A stretch of DNA of 64,000 nucleotides from a virus (Duplodnaviria; Caudoviricetes), in IMG/VR virus record IMGVR_UViG_3300028832_000110, positions 43,406 to 107,405 of that record. One strand, given 5' to 3'. The notes under the pieces were generated by a model, which was not told where the DNA came from, made no database searches, and saw only the letters and a list, made by a program, of their open reading frames with translations. The stretch's first letter is position 1, and each line of letters starts with the position of its first letter. This document shows positions 41,199 to 50,998 of this stretch, piece after piece. The position numbers were made by a program, and so were the translations under genes.

Positions 41199-41495
41199 AT
41201 GGAAACTATTAAGATTAGCGAAAAGTCCTTGAAGAAATTCAAGGGCATTAGACGAAAGAAAATTCTGAAGGTTTTCCGAAGCTATTGTGACGCATACTTA
41301 GAGTATGTGAATAATTGGCTGACTTGGGAGAAATTCGTCGAATTCTTTGAACTTGATGAAAAAGAGTGCGAGAATTTACTGCAAGCCGTGAAGATGATGA
41401 ATGCGCAGGATAATACTGCGTACAATTCTCTGGATTATTTCTACCACAAAGTAGCAAACACGAAATTCAGCGAAAAAAACTCATGCTTTGATTAG
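41199..41495 (+). CDS. Hypothetical protein
   Basis: 98 aa. Confidence 0.65.
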   Translation: METIKISEKSLKKFKGIRRKKILKVFRSYCDAYLEYVNNWLTWEKFVEFFELDEKECENLLQAVKMMNAQDNTAYNSLDYFYHKVANTKFSEKNSCFD

Positions 41496-41498
41496 GCC

Positions 41499-41765
41499 AT
41501 GGATAAGTTCGGATTGATACGGATATTTTCTAACGGAGAAAGATTCGTGAAACGTCAGCAGGAACACACGCCAAAAGGAACGATGTTCACATTTGACATG
41601 AAAAAGTTGGATAGAAAACTGAGGAAGAAATCATTTAGTTTTCTGTGCAGGCGCGGAGTCGATGAAATTCAGTACATAAATTTCTTTGTAGAAGACAGCC
41701 ATGAGAATTATCTGGCTGCAAAGGTTTATAACGAGAAATTTCTTTGGGATTGCATCAACTCCTAA
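41499..41765 (+). CDS. Hypothetical protein
   Basis: 88 aa, coupled to the previous gene. Confidence 0.6.
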   Translation: MDKFGLIRIFSNGERFVKRQQEHTPKGTMFTFDMKKLDRKLRKKSFSFLCRRGVDEIQYINFFVEDSHENYLAAKVYNEKFLWDCINS

Positions 41766-41839
41766 AATTCTCTTTGCGGTTCCTGGGATAAAGCTCAGCA
41801 ACCGCACAATTTATTTATTCACACTAAAATTTATGGACT

Positions 41840-42505
41840 ATGAAACAAGTTACGATTAGGCTTTACAAGTTCGAGGAATTATCCTCAGAATCTAAGGCGA
41901 AAGTTATTGAGCGTGAGCGTGAACAAATTCAGCAGTGGGGAATCGACGCTTGGGATTCCGAGCATCGTGCCACTCTGGAAAAGTTTGAAGCAATTTTCGA
42001 TGTAAACGTCAAGCATTGGGAAGTGAATGATTATTCTCATAATTATCAGTTCACTTTCAACAATGATTTCTACGGCATGGATGCAAGCGAAATCACGGGC
42101 AAATATTTGCTCCGTTTCCTCAACTCCATTTATTACGATGTACGCAGCGGCAAATATTTCAGTTGCGGTCAGCGTTACGACGAGAACGGCAAATTTCACT
42201 ACTCCTGCAAGCATTCAAAAATTCTGTGGGAAGAATTTAATTGCCCTCTCACTGGAGTTTGCTACGACAACGAAATCTTGAAACCGATCTGGGATTGGCA
42301 CAAGAAACCGAATTGGAATTTATCTCTGGAAAATCTGGTAGATGAATGCCTTGAAAGTTTCTTCAATTCGTGGGAGCAGGAAATGCTCTATTGCGGAAGC
42401 GATGAATATTGCATCCAAGAATTGACGGAATCGAGTGCTTACGAAGACACGCTCTATTTTGAGGACGGAACTGAGTTCAAAGGAATCTACGAGGATGCAG
42501 CCTAA
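41840..42505 (+). CDS. Acidic/aromatic hypothetical protein
   Basis: 221 aa; N-terminus LYKFEELSSESKAKV resembles a family common on mobile elements. Confidence 0.7.
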   Translation: MKQVTIRLYKFEELSSESKAKVIEREREQIQQWGIDAWDSEHRATLEKFEAIFDVNVKHWEVNDYSHNYQFTFNNDFYGMDASEITGKYLLRFLNSIYYDVRSGKYFSCGQRYDENGKFHYSCKHSKILWEEFNCPLTGVCYDNEILKPIWDWHKKPNWNLSLENLVDECLESFFNSWEQEMLYCGSDEYCIQELTESSAYEDTLYFEDGTEFKGIYEDAA

Positions 42506-42566
42506 AATTTTGGAGGGCTTAATTGCTCTCCAAAGTACGAATAGTATTAACTAAAATTCAATTAGT

Positions 42567-43232
42567 ATGAGAATCAGGCAAGAAACCATTGATATTTTGC
42601 AGGCGCAAGGTATCAGCATTCGTTGGTATGGTGAATCCACCTACGAAGAGTTCAAGAAAAATCAGTGGGAAAAGCAGTACAAAAAATGGTTTGATTATTC
42701 AAAGTCATCGTGCAAGGAACTTAACCCACCGAAAAATGACGGCTCGTATGAGAGTTGGAATTACGACACTCTTGCAGAGTACGAGGAATCTATCAAGAAA
42801 TTCTGCGACCAAATTATTGACAGGCATTGCAGCCCCTACGAATACGACACGTTATTTGTCGAGCACGATAATGGTCAGATTTTGGTCAAGAAAGAAAACG
42901 TGAAATCTAAGGAGATTACAGTTGACTATGTTTTGAAGTTGGTTGAGAAAGACAGAAAAACCTACGCTGGAACATACGGAAAATTCGCTATGGAAATGCA
43001 GCGGATTTGCAAGGAAATGGGATATACCACAAGTTTGACGGTTTATCCCACGACCTACGGCATCGGTGTTTGGTTGTTCTATAATTTCCATGCCGACACC
43101 CATATAGAAAACGTTACGAAAATCATGCAGCAGAAAGGCATAGAATTCTACAACGAATATTCTGATAAGCGTTGGGTGTATAGATTCAAGGTATCGAAAA
43201 AGCGTGAGAATCTGGAGCGAATTTATTCGTAG
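42567..43232 (+). CDS. Hypothetical protein
   Basis: 221 aa. Confidence 0.7.
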   Translation: MRIRQETIDILQAQGISIRWYGESTYEEFKKNQWEKQYKKWFDYSKSSCKELNPPKNDGSYESWNYDTLAEYEESIKKFCDQIIDRHCSPYEYDTLFVEHDNGQILVKKENVKSKEITVDYVLKLVEKDRKTYAGTYGKFAMEMQRICKEMGYTTSLTVYPTTYGIGVWLFYNFHADTHIENVTKIMQQKGIEFYNEYSDKRWVYRFKVSKKRENLERIYS

Positions 43233-43312
43233 TTTATAAAGTTTTAGTGTTTGGGCGGTGTCGATTAATTTCGGCATCGCTTTCTATTATTCACCAATTA
43301 ATTCAATAAATT

Positions 43313-43567
43313 ATGGCTTACTATCAGACGCATATTATGATGCAGGAAGAGGACGGAATTTACCGCCATATTCCTCTCTATTTCGGCACTACGCAGGACA
43401 GAAAAGAGGGCGAGGAACATTTTAACAAGGTTTGCGCCCAAATCTTTGAGTTTGAAAAAGACGTAGAATTTAAGGATCACGATGGGCGCGGAATTTTCGG
43501 CACGATAAAAAGTGCTTGCGGAAACGTCACATCGAGTTTCAACATCAAGGGCAAATATTTGGTGTAG
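43313..43567 (+). CDS. Hypothetical protein
   Basis: 84 aa. Confidence 0.65.
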   Translation: MAYYQTHIMMQEEDGIYRHIPLYFGTTQDRKEGEEHFNKVCAQIFEFEKDVEFKDHDGRGIFGTIKSACGNVTSSFNIKGKYLV

Positions 43568-43681
43568 TTGACGCAATCAATTTTCAAGCCGTCAACTGCA
43601 AGCATTATTTGACTGGAGAATAATGCAGGAATCACTAATCTGGTTCCTGCTGCCTATTGTTTCACTAAAATTTAATGGACT

Positions 43682-43972
43682 ATGTTAGAGATCGTAAGAG
43701 CAGAGAGAATCGGCTTGGAAGAAACAAAGGATTATTCCAGACCAAACGACACACGATTGATGTGGGGATTTGTTGCCGAAATCAGCGATGGCAGTTTTTA
43801 CTACACCTCAGAGGGCGGCACTGACATCTACGGAACTTGGACGGAAATCAAGAGCAGAATCAACATTTCCAACGTCCACGATTTCCAGAGCAAGCATTTC
43901 AACTTTTTCATCAATGATTTGGAAACCTTCAAACATTGCGTGTTGCAGATGCTAAAGGAATTAGGAGATTAA
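43682..43972 (+). CDS. Hypothetical protein
   Basis: 96 aa; stop TAA lies in the loop of the next hairpin. Confidence 0.65.
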   Translation: MLEIVRAERIGLEETKDYSRPNDTRLMWGFVAEISDGSFYYTSEGGTDIYGTWTEIKSRINISNVHDFQSKHFNFFINDLETFKHCVLQMLKELGD

Positions 43973-44017
43973 TTTCTCCGATTCCACAAAATTATTAACC
44001 CCTAAAAATATTTGATT

Positions 44018-44929
44018 ATGGAAACAAGAAATTATCTAAAGTGGAATCCTTCAAAGTTCTACCGCGAGGGAAAAGACAAGATGAAAATCGTTGTTCACGT
44101 AAGTCTTGACGATGAATGTAAAAACAAGCATTGTGATTTCAGTATCACTTGCAGTATTTATCGGGTGGCAGGAAATGGCCATTTAATTGACGCTGGCGGT
44201 GGTTGCAACCACGAAGAGATTGGAAAACACTTTCCAGAATTGCAGAAGTTTTTTCCTCTTCACATTTGCGCCCACGAAGGAACTCCAATGTACCCCGAAG
44301 CCAACGGCATTTATTTCATAGAGCATGATACCAAAGAGTGCGCTATGAGAAATCTGCGTTGCACTGAGGAAGAGTATGAAACGCTCTCAAAATTCACGAA
44401 AGAAAAGTTGTATTTCAAGTATCTGCTTTTCGACCTTGGTATTGTTGAGCGTTGGAAAAAGGAAGCAGATGAATTCATTGCTTTCCTTGAAGAGAAATGC
44501 GGATATAAATGGGTAAATCCCTACACTCCAGAGCAAGAGCGTTTCCGCTTGGTTTTAACGGACGAAGAAAGGGCTACGATTGAAAAGCAGCTCAGCGAGG
44601 GCGGTTTTACTCCCGAATCTCTGGCAGAACGTCGCCAGAAAGAATTTGAGGCTGAAAAAGCGAAGTATATCGAGGAAATTGAAGCCGAATACAAAAAGCG
44701 GACGGGAAGCGCGGATGCAAAGCGTAAGACTTTGCGCTACATTCTTGACCAAGGAATTTCTCTGAAAAACGTCATCTACTACGACCACAGCAACGAGGTA
44801 CACTTTAATTGGAAGTCATACGACGATCTGATTACGCAGGAAGAATTCGTGGATTTCATCAACAATTTGGATTGTTCGATAATTCCAGAGTTTGTGACGT
44901 TCCACATCGACAACGTAAAGCCAGAGTAA
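44018..44929 (+). CDS. Hypothetical protein
   Basis: ~303 aa; DDECKNKHCDFSIT...GGCNHEEI Cys/His motif. Confidence 0.75.
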   Translation: METRNYLKWNPSKFYREGKDKMKIVVHVSLDDECKNKHCDFSITCSIYRVAGNGHLIDAGGGCNHEEIGKHFPELQKFFPLHICAHEGTPMYPEANGIYFIEHDTKECAMRNLRCTEEEYETLSKFTKEKLYFKYLLFDLGIVERWKKEADEFIAFLEEKCGYKWVNPYTPEQERFRLVLTDEERATIEKQLSEGGFTPESLAERRQKEFEAEKAKYIEEIEAEYKKRTGSADAKRKTLRYILDQGISLKNVIYYDHSNEVHFNWKSYDDLITQEEFVDFINNLDCSIIPEFVTFHIDNVKPE

Positions 44930-44994
44930 TCTCTTCAGATTGTGCGGGATTAATTTTCCGCACAGTCGCCATTAACCCCTAAATTAAAGAAATT

Positions 44995-45252
44995 ATGGCT
45001 TATCCAACTACCGCAAGAGTTTCAATGCTTGCAAACAATCAGTTAATCATCAAGGATGGTGAGAAGCAAATCTTCCAGAGTTATTCATCAATTATCTGCG
45101 TAAAAGACGGAAAAAATATCACCCTTGACGCAGACAAATGGAATTTCTCAGCGACTACGACAAAGTATTTGGGTCGGTTCCTGGGAATGAACAAAGCCGA
45201 GATTATGAAACACATAAAAGACGGCTCTTTCAAGCTCGCAGACCTCAACTAA
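44995..45252 (+). CDS. Hypothetical protein
   Basis: 85 aa; FQSYSSII...SATTTKY motif. Confidence 0.7.
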   Translation: MAYPTTARVSMLANNQLIIKDGEKQIFQSYSSIICVKDGKNITLDADKWNFSATTTKYLGRFLGMNKAEIMKHIKDGSFKLADLN

Positions 45253-45314
45253 GGTTTTGAGGCATTAATTTGCCTCAGAACCGCCATAGAATTATTCACC
45301 TAATAGATTTGATT

Positions 45315-45560
45315 ATGACAAAGAAACAAGCGAGACAGAAAACCCGCAGGCTTATCCGTGACGCATCGGATTTAATGCGGAAAAAGTTGGAAAAAGCTCT
45401 GATTTGCGGAGCAATCAACTTTGACAATTATGACGATGATTATGAACTACCGAGAATTATTCTCATGGCACTCTTGAAAGAAGCGACTTTCCAATTCAAG
45501 CCTATTCGTGATCCGAAAAAGCAGGAGAAAGAAGCAAACAATATTTACGCTATGATTTAA
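45315..45560 (+). CDS. Hypothetical protein
   Basis: Probable start 45315. Confidence 0.6.
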   Translation: MTKKQARQKTRRLIRDASDLMRKKLEKALICGAINFDNYDDDYELPRIILMALLKEATFQFKPIRDPKKQEKEANNIYAMI

Positions 45561-45578
45561 CTCTAATTTTGTGCGACT

Positions 45579-45803
45579 ATGGCATATACGATTAAAGGCT
45601 TGGCAAAAGCCAACGATTGCGAAGAGCAGAACGAATTCGGACTTGCTCAGGTTTGGAACTACTGGCTTTCTTGCAATAGCAATGACCGCCAATGTGTGAA
45701 CGATTTCAAGCGGCTCAGAAAGGAGGAAAGAAAGCGGATGCTTGAACACCTGCGAGAATATCCTACCCTGCGTGAGCACATTATTTCTCACCTCTACGAC
45801 TAA
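45579..45803 (+). CDS. Hypothetical protein
   Basis: 74 aa. Confidence 0.6.
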   Translation: MAYTIKGLAKANDCEEQNEFGLAQVWNYWLSCNSNDRQCVNDFKRLRKEERKRMLEHLREYPTLREHIISHLYD

Positions 45804-45859
45804 GTTAGATGGGCGATTAATTTCGCCTACCTAACCCAACCAATAAATTCTATTCAATT

Positions 45860-46198
45860 ATGCCGTACAAATCAGAGAAAATTAAGATTGCCGGAACTAA
45901 GCATGACCGCAGGCGCAAACTCACTGAAGACCAAAAACAATATATCCGATGGCTTCGTGAGGAAGAGAAAATCAGCTACCAGAAACTTGCAGATATGTTC
46001 GATGTTTCTAAGAGGCTGATTATTTTCATCTGCAAGCCAGAAATTCAGCAAAAGGCGCGTGAACGATTCAAGAAATACAAAGCAGAGGGTCGTTACAAGC
46101 CAACGAAAGAGGAATGGGCTGAGACGATGAAAGAGCATCGCCATTACAAGCAGAAACTATTCTGCGACGGCAAAATCAAGGAATCTGCTGACGAATAA
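45860..46198 (+). CDS. HTH DNA-binding protein
   Basis: KLTEDQ...ISYQKLADMFDVSKRLI. Confidence 0.7.
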   Translation: MPYKSEKIKIAGTKHDRRRKLTEDQKQYIRWLREEEKISYQKLADMFDVSKRLIIFICKPEIQQKARERFKKYKAEGRYKPTKEEWAETMKEHRHYKQKLFCDGKIKESADE

Positions 46199-46234
46199 TC
46201 ACGGATTCCACTATTCACTTAAAATTTGGAAATT

Positions 46235-46450
46235 ATGACTATCGGTTACTTCTACAAAGAGTATGAGATAAATGGTACATTGTATTATATATCTCAGTAT
46301 GCAGACAAACCGCATTTCGTAAAACTTTGGGAATACGGCTACGTCTATTTCAACTATCGTATCGGGCAGCAGGTTTACCCCAAAATGTGCGTATCAATTA
46401 GCAGGGGATTGCGATCACGTCCAAATCTCAAAAGGCTATTCGGTAGTTAA
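46235..46450 (+). CDS. Hypothetical protein
   Basis: Stop TAA lies in a hairpin loop. Confidence 0.55.
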   Translation: MTIGYFYKEYEINGTLYYISQYADKPHFVKLWEYGYVYFNYRIGQQVYPKMCVSISRGLRSRPNLKRLFGS

Positions 46451-46495
46451 TTCTACCAATAGCCACAAAAATTATTCACCTAAAAAGATTGAGTT

Positions 46496-46921
46496 ATGGA
46501 AAAGAGAAATTTTATCCCTGCACCCATCGACAACAAGAATTTGGTCGAGGATGCCTTTGAGGATGCCAATGAAATATTCGGCAACTTCTACGAGGGCAAA
46601 GGACATCGTGAGAAAGGGCTAAGACATTTGGTTGGCTTTGTTCGGGTATTCGACAAAGAATATCCGCAGTGCGTAAATGCAGAGGGTTACGTCAGGGCGA
46701 AATGGAGTTTTGGCGACAACAAGGTAGAAATCGAAATCCTTGCCAACAATCCCTTCATGGAAGACTATGAAGATACGAAGAAAGACATCTGCGACTACTA
46801 CAAAAAGCAGTTCAAGTCATGGGAAAACGAGCAGAATTTGGGCTTGCGCGTTGAATTCATTGATTATGAAAGCGGAATGTACGTGAGTTTCTTCTACGAC
46901 ATGGATGATCCAAATCTATGA
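46496..46921 (+). CDS. Hypothetical protein
   Basis: 141 aa. Confidence 0.7.
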   Translation: MEKRNFIPAPIDNKNLVEDAFEDANEIFGNFYEGKGHREKGLRHLVGFVRVFDKEYPQCVNAEGYVRAKWSFGDNKVEIEILANNPFMEDYEDTKKDICDYYKKQFKSWENEQNLGLRVEFIDYESGMYVSFFYDMDDPNL

Positions 46922-46984
46922 CAATGCCTGCGCCCTCTTAACTGAGGGCATGGGCGCAAATTATTCACCAATAAAATTCAAATT

Positions 46985-47500
46985 ATGAAATTAGCATTTT
47001 ACAAAGTTGACAACTCGCTTGAATATGGTCGCCATGAATTTGACACCATATCTGACAAGCCCGAAGAAATCCTTGAAAAGTTGAGGAAATTGCCAGATGA
47101 AGAATGGCATCTATACGACATCAGCTCTGACAGTTTCAAATCCAGAACCCTCAATCTCTGCGAATTCGTTGAAGACTACAACGATGAAGAATTAGATGGT
47201 GGTTGGTGGTGCGTTATGATTCCAGAAAAGCGGATGGTTTATGCCGTTTTCGTTGACTATGGAACAATGAGGGAATTGAAACGTGTGTATTCCACTGAGG
47301 AAAAGGCAAAGGCATACATTGACAAGAAATGCCAGGAGCCAGACAAGCTATTTGAATCCACCATTGCTACGAACTGGAAATACAAGTATCTCTACGAGGT
47401 CAGAAACAAGCGCACGAATTTGGTGCATTCCTACATCGGATATGCAGAGATAGAACTTGACTGCGAAGAGGATTTCATGGAAAAGCTACGCAACTTCTGA
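46985..47500 (+). CDS. Hypothetical protein
   Basis: 171 aa; VYAVF...RVYSTEEKAK motif. Confidence 0.7.
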   Translation: MKLAFYKVDNSLEYGRHEFDTISDKPEEILEKLRKLPDEEWHLYDISSDSFKSRTLNLCEFVEDYNDEELDGGWWCVMIPEKRMVYAVFVDYGTMRELKRVYSTEEKAKAYIDKKCQEPDKLFESTIATNWKYKYLYEVRNKRTNLVHSYIGYAEIELDCEEDFMEKLRNF

Positions 47501-47568
47501 TTGGTTATGGTGAGCGAAATATCTCACCATGGCCGCTAAATTTATTCATTCACCTAATATTTTCAGTT

Positions 47569-47745
47569 ATGACCTACGCACAAAGAAAAGAATCTGCACG
47601 TCAAGAAGCTATTGATTGGCAGTTAGAAGCAAGTGAGCAGAATCTATCCTATGGCGAACTTGCTGAAGCAGGCGACCACTTCTACAAAATCGGAAAACGA
47701 TTCGGTCTTATCCGCGAATTTCGTGAGAACGGAATCCCATGTTAA
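47569..47745 (+). CDS. Small hypothetical protein (58 aa)
   Basis: MTYAQRKESARQEAIDWQ...GLIREFRENGIPC; lies between two hairpins. Confidence 0.65.
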   Translation: MTYAQRKESARQEAIDWQLEASEQNLSYGELAEAGDHFYKIGKRFGLIREFRENGIPC

Positions 47746-47834
47746 ATCTACTCCAGAGAGTACGATTAACTTCGTATTCTCTGCCTATTTCGAGAGTTTT
47801 TTAACCCTATTTATTAATTTAAAAACATTCAATT

Positions 47835-48629
47835 ATGACAGAGAGACAAAATTTTCTCCTTGAACTCTACCGAGAATTCGGTGACAAGGCGCAGAACGCA
47901 TTGGATTTCGTTATCGCTAACGATGGCGGCTCAATCCTCAGACCACAAGCAAATGCACAAGCAAATGCTAATGCAGGAACTATCGAGGTCTATGACTTCA
48001 AGAATCCAGAAGTTATGCTGAAGGAATTCTATGAAATCAAAGCCAGATTCTTAGTCATCAACAACCACCTCATTAAAAAAGACGTGGAAGATGAACTCCT
48101 TGACACGCAGGCTGACGGCCTCTACACCTATCTCCGAAACCTCCGCAAGAGAATCGGCGACATCAACTCCGTAAAACTTCAAGACCAACCATTCGAGGTT
48201 GTTGACTTGGGATTGCCCTCTGGCAGAAAATGGGCGAATATGAACCTTGGTGCTACCAAGCCCAACGAAACAGGTTTATACCTCACCCACGAAGATGCCT
48301 GCAACTTCAAGTTTGAAGACGGATGGAAAATGCCGACTGACGATGACTTCGTAGAACTCTGCGACAACTGCGAACACGAATGGAAGGAAATTGATGGTGT
48401 CTATGGTCAGATGTTTACATCTAAGATTAATGGCAATTCAGTTTTCTTCCCCGCGTCCGGCTTCTACAATGGTACGACGTTGTACTATCGTGGGTCGTAC
48501 GGCCTCTATTGGGCCGCTACGTTGTATTCCTCTTCGAGTGGTCGCCTCTTGTACTTCCTTGCGTCTGATGTCAATCCGCAGAGCAGCTACGATCGGTTCT
48601 ACGGTTTTTCTGTGCGCCCGGTTCAGTAA
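47835..48629 (+). CDS. C-type-lectin-fold protein, probable DGR target
   Basis: VDLGLPSGRKWANMNLGA...MPT...FFPASG...YW...GFSVRPVQ; variable-region-like C-terminus with a downstream GC hairpin. Confidence 0.8.
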   Translation: MTERQNFLLELYREFGDKAQNALDFVIANDGGSILRPQANAQANANAGTIEVYDFKNPEVMLKEFYEIKARFLVINNHLIKKDVEDELLDTQADGLYTYLRNLRKRIGDINSVKLQDQPFEVVDLGLPSGRKWANMNLGATKPNETGLYLTHEDACNFKFEDGWKMPTDDDFVELCDNCEHEWKEIDGVYGQMFTSKINGNSVFFPASGFYNGTTLYYRGSYGLYWAATLYSSSSGRLLYFLASDVNPQSSYDRFYGFSVRPVQ

Positions 48630-48758
48630 TTATTCAACCGCGAAACCCGTCTGCCGACAAAGCCGCCACCAAGCGGCTACAAAAGGCAGACGGAAAATTA
48701 GGAGGAAGCGGATCAATTTCTGCTTTCTCTTCCATTGTCTAACCAAAAAAGAAAAATT

Positions 48759-49295
48759 ATGGAACTGAAAATTGAAACCAAGCAGGAATTGAAGTATGTG
48801 ATGGATTTCTACAACATTCCTTTCGTGCCAATACATGACGGCAAAAAGGATATGGGAAAAATCACGCGAGAAATGAAGTACGAACCCGGGCATTGGAGAT
48901 ACAATTCGGGCTTCGAGTATCTTGGCTTTGAACTTGCTTATGAGCAAATCAAAGACGTTATCGCTCTCAAAGAGAACGTGAGAAAACCATTCAAAGCCAT
49001 TCTGGTATATAGAGTGGAAGAGCAGACTTGGAATTATCCAGACGTTGAAGGTGGTATTCCCTGCCATCACGTCTATCCCAAGACAGTTGTACGCGAGACC
49101 GAGAACGAAATTGAGGGAACAATGGACGAAGTTTTTGTCACTTGCTTCAAGTCAAACAATACCATGCGCTATTGCAACGGACATCGTTATCATTTCAAAG
49201 ACGATAAGGTTAGTGATATGTATTATCTCTGGCTGAAACTTATGCCCGATGCACGGCATTTCGACCTCTACTACGGCAACGGCATTGTTGACTAA
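48759..49295 (+). CDS. Hypothetical protein
   Basis: Probable start 48759. Confidence 0.7.
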   Translation: MELKIETKQELKYVMDFYNIPFVPIHDGKKDMGKITREMKYEPGHWRYNSGFEYLGFELAYEQIKDVIALKENVRKPFKAILVYRVEEQTWNYPDVEGGIPCHHVYPKTVVRETENEIEGTMDEVFVTCFKSNNTMRYCNGHRYHFKDDKVSDMYYLWLKLMPDARHFDLYYGNGIVD

Positions 49296-49356
49296 GGGAA
49301 ATGCGGATCAATTTCCGCACTCCCACATTAATGTTTCACTCTAAATTCAAAAAGTT

Positions 49357-49893
49357 ATGGAAAAAATTATGTTATTGGATGCCAATGTTGGCGACGTTCT
49401 TTATGTAAGAATGAACAAAACTGTCATTGCAGTTAAAATCGTGAAGTTTATTTGCGGTAGCATCGGTGCCTCTTCAAGTGATTCATCCTATGTCTGGCTG
49501 CTTATTGCAGGGCAGGGTGACAATCCTCAGCAGAAGTACATCGGAAAACACAATACCGAGAAATATTATCGTACCATTGAAGACTGCATCAACGACAAAC
49601 CCATTGAGAAGTATGTCGTGGATGCAAAAGAGTTGGCAGAAAAATGCGGCATGGAATTGACGCATGAGTACAGCTCTATCGGATATGGCTACGATGGTGT
49701 ATGGAAATTCGAGTGGGATGGATTCATGCCTAAGAGGGTTCACGTTGCATTGAGTGAATTCCACCTCGTAAACGATGCCGACGGATGGCACTACGAGGTT
49801 TACAAGAAATCCTACGAGCGTGAGCCGAGGAAATTCTACGACACCTATGAAGAATGTATCGCCGACAACCAAGTAAAAGTGGTTGCTTTCTGA
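49357..49893 (+). CDS. Hypothetical protein
   Basis: 178 aa with internal repeat (YYRTIEDCI / FYDTYEECI). Confidence 0.7.
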   Translation: MEKIMLLDANVGDVLYVRMNKTVIAVKIVKFICGSIGASSSDSSYVWLLIAGQGDNPQQKYIGKHNTEKYYRTIEDCINDKPIEKYVVDAKELAEKCGMELTHEYSSIGYGYDGVWKFEWDGFMPKRVHVALSEFHLVNDADGWHYEVYKKSYEREPRKFYDTYEECIADNQVKVVAF

Positions 49894-49960
49894 TTCCTCC
49901 AGACCATTTCGCGCTAATCCTCGAAATGGTCACGATTTATTCACCAAAATTCAGAAGATT

Positions 49961-50215
49961 ATGAAGACAAAGTATGAAAACGGAATCCTCTCCTTTACTG
50001 AGGATTCAGATGATGAAAAGATTTTCAGTGTCATCGGCACGAAGTATGGCGATGGTGACAGATTCGTTCGCCTTATGACCGAGAAAGAAGTTAAGGAAGA
50101 AATTCCAGATGAAAAGGAGTGGAGTATGCCCATCGACGAAATGGAGGTTGGCGACACCTCAACCTATGGCTATTGGCACTACGACAAAGCGAATATCATT
50201 GTCCGCGTTGCCTGA
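49961..50215 (+). CDS. Hypothetical protein
   Basis: Probable start 49961. Confidence 0.6.
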   Translation: MKTKYENGILSFTEDSDDEKIFSVIGTKYGDGDRFVRLMTEKEVKEEIPDEKEWSMPIDEMEVGDTSTYGYWHYDKANIIVRVA

Positions 50216-50275
50216 CTATGTGCGGAATAATATCCGCATATAGCCCTATTATTTATTCACCAAAATTCATTTATT

Positions 50276-50941
50276 ATGGCAAAGAAAAATATAAAGCACA
50301 CCGATTTCGGGTTGTGGGAAAGCCCAGAGAAATGTTTAGGGCATTCTACCCTCATTTACGGCAACAAACAAGAATTGTTGGGATTGGCGAGAGGTATTCA
50401 GTTTATGCTTGAAAGAAAATACGCAAGACCTCACGTTGAATTTAACGATGAAGAGAACAACTATTCTATGAGTAGTAGTAAAACCTACTCGCTCAAACAC
50501 TGCATCGTAGAAGAGATTCCAGAGCGTAAAGTTGAAGAGTATAACGAATGGATAAAATATACTGGCTTCAAGATTACGCTTACCGAGAATGACAACGATG
50601 ATGATGGTTACGACATCGGCATTGACAACGGCTGCTATGTTGAGGATTTCAGAGAATTCAGCATTGAACCATGCAAAGACATATCCCAAGCCGCACACGA
50701 ATGCCGAATACGTTATGTAATAATGGACGAAAACAAATACCTGAATCCGACATACATCAGAGAACGTCTTTCCTCTCTTGGTTATGACGGAGAAAAGGTT
50801 AAGGAAGAAACGATCACTCATATCCGAATGATAATGTCAAAGGGTGCATACGAATGCCCTCAGTCAATAGGAATTGGCTTTGACATTGCGCTCAAAAAGA
50901 ATGCGGAGTGGTTTCTTAAATCAAACAACCTCTATCAGTAA
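50276..50941 (+). CDS. Hypothetical protein
   Basis: 221 aa. Confidence 0.7.
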   Translation: MAKKNIKHTDFGLWESPEKCLGHSTLIYGNKQELLGLARGIQFMLERKYARPHVEFNDEENNYSMSSSKTYSLKHCIVEEIPERKVEEYNEWIKYTGFKITLTENDNDDDGYDIGIDNGCYVEDFREFSIEPCKDISQAAHECRIRYVIMDENKYLNPTYIRERLSSLGYDGEKVKEETITHIRMIMSKGAYECPQSIGIGFDIALKKNAEWFLKSNNLYQ

Positions 50942-50998
50942 GCCATTGAGCCGATTAACTTCGGCTCCTGGCACTATTAACCCTAAAATTCAAGAATT

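Noticed and set aside
47633-47863. ORF-track 76-aa ORF (also 52194-52394)
   Set aside because: Wrong frame. The alternative ORFs 47569-47745 and 52237-52410 have proper leaders and fit between hairpins.
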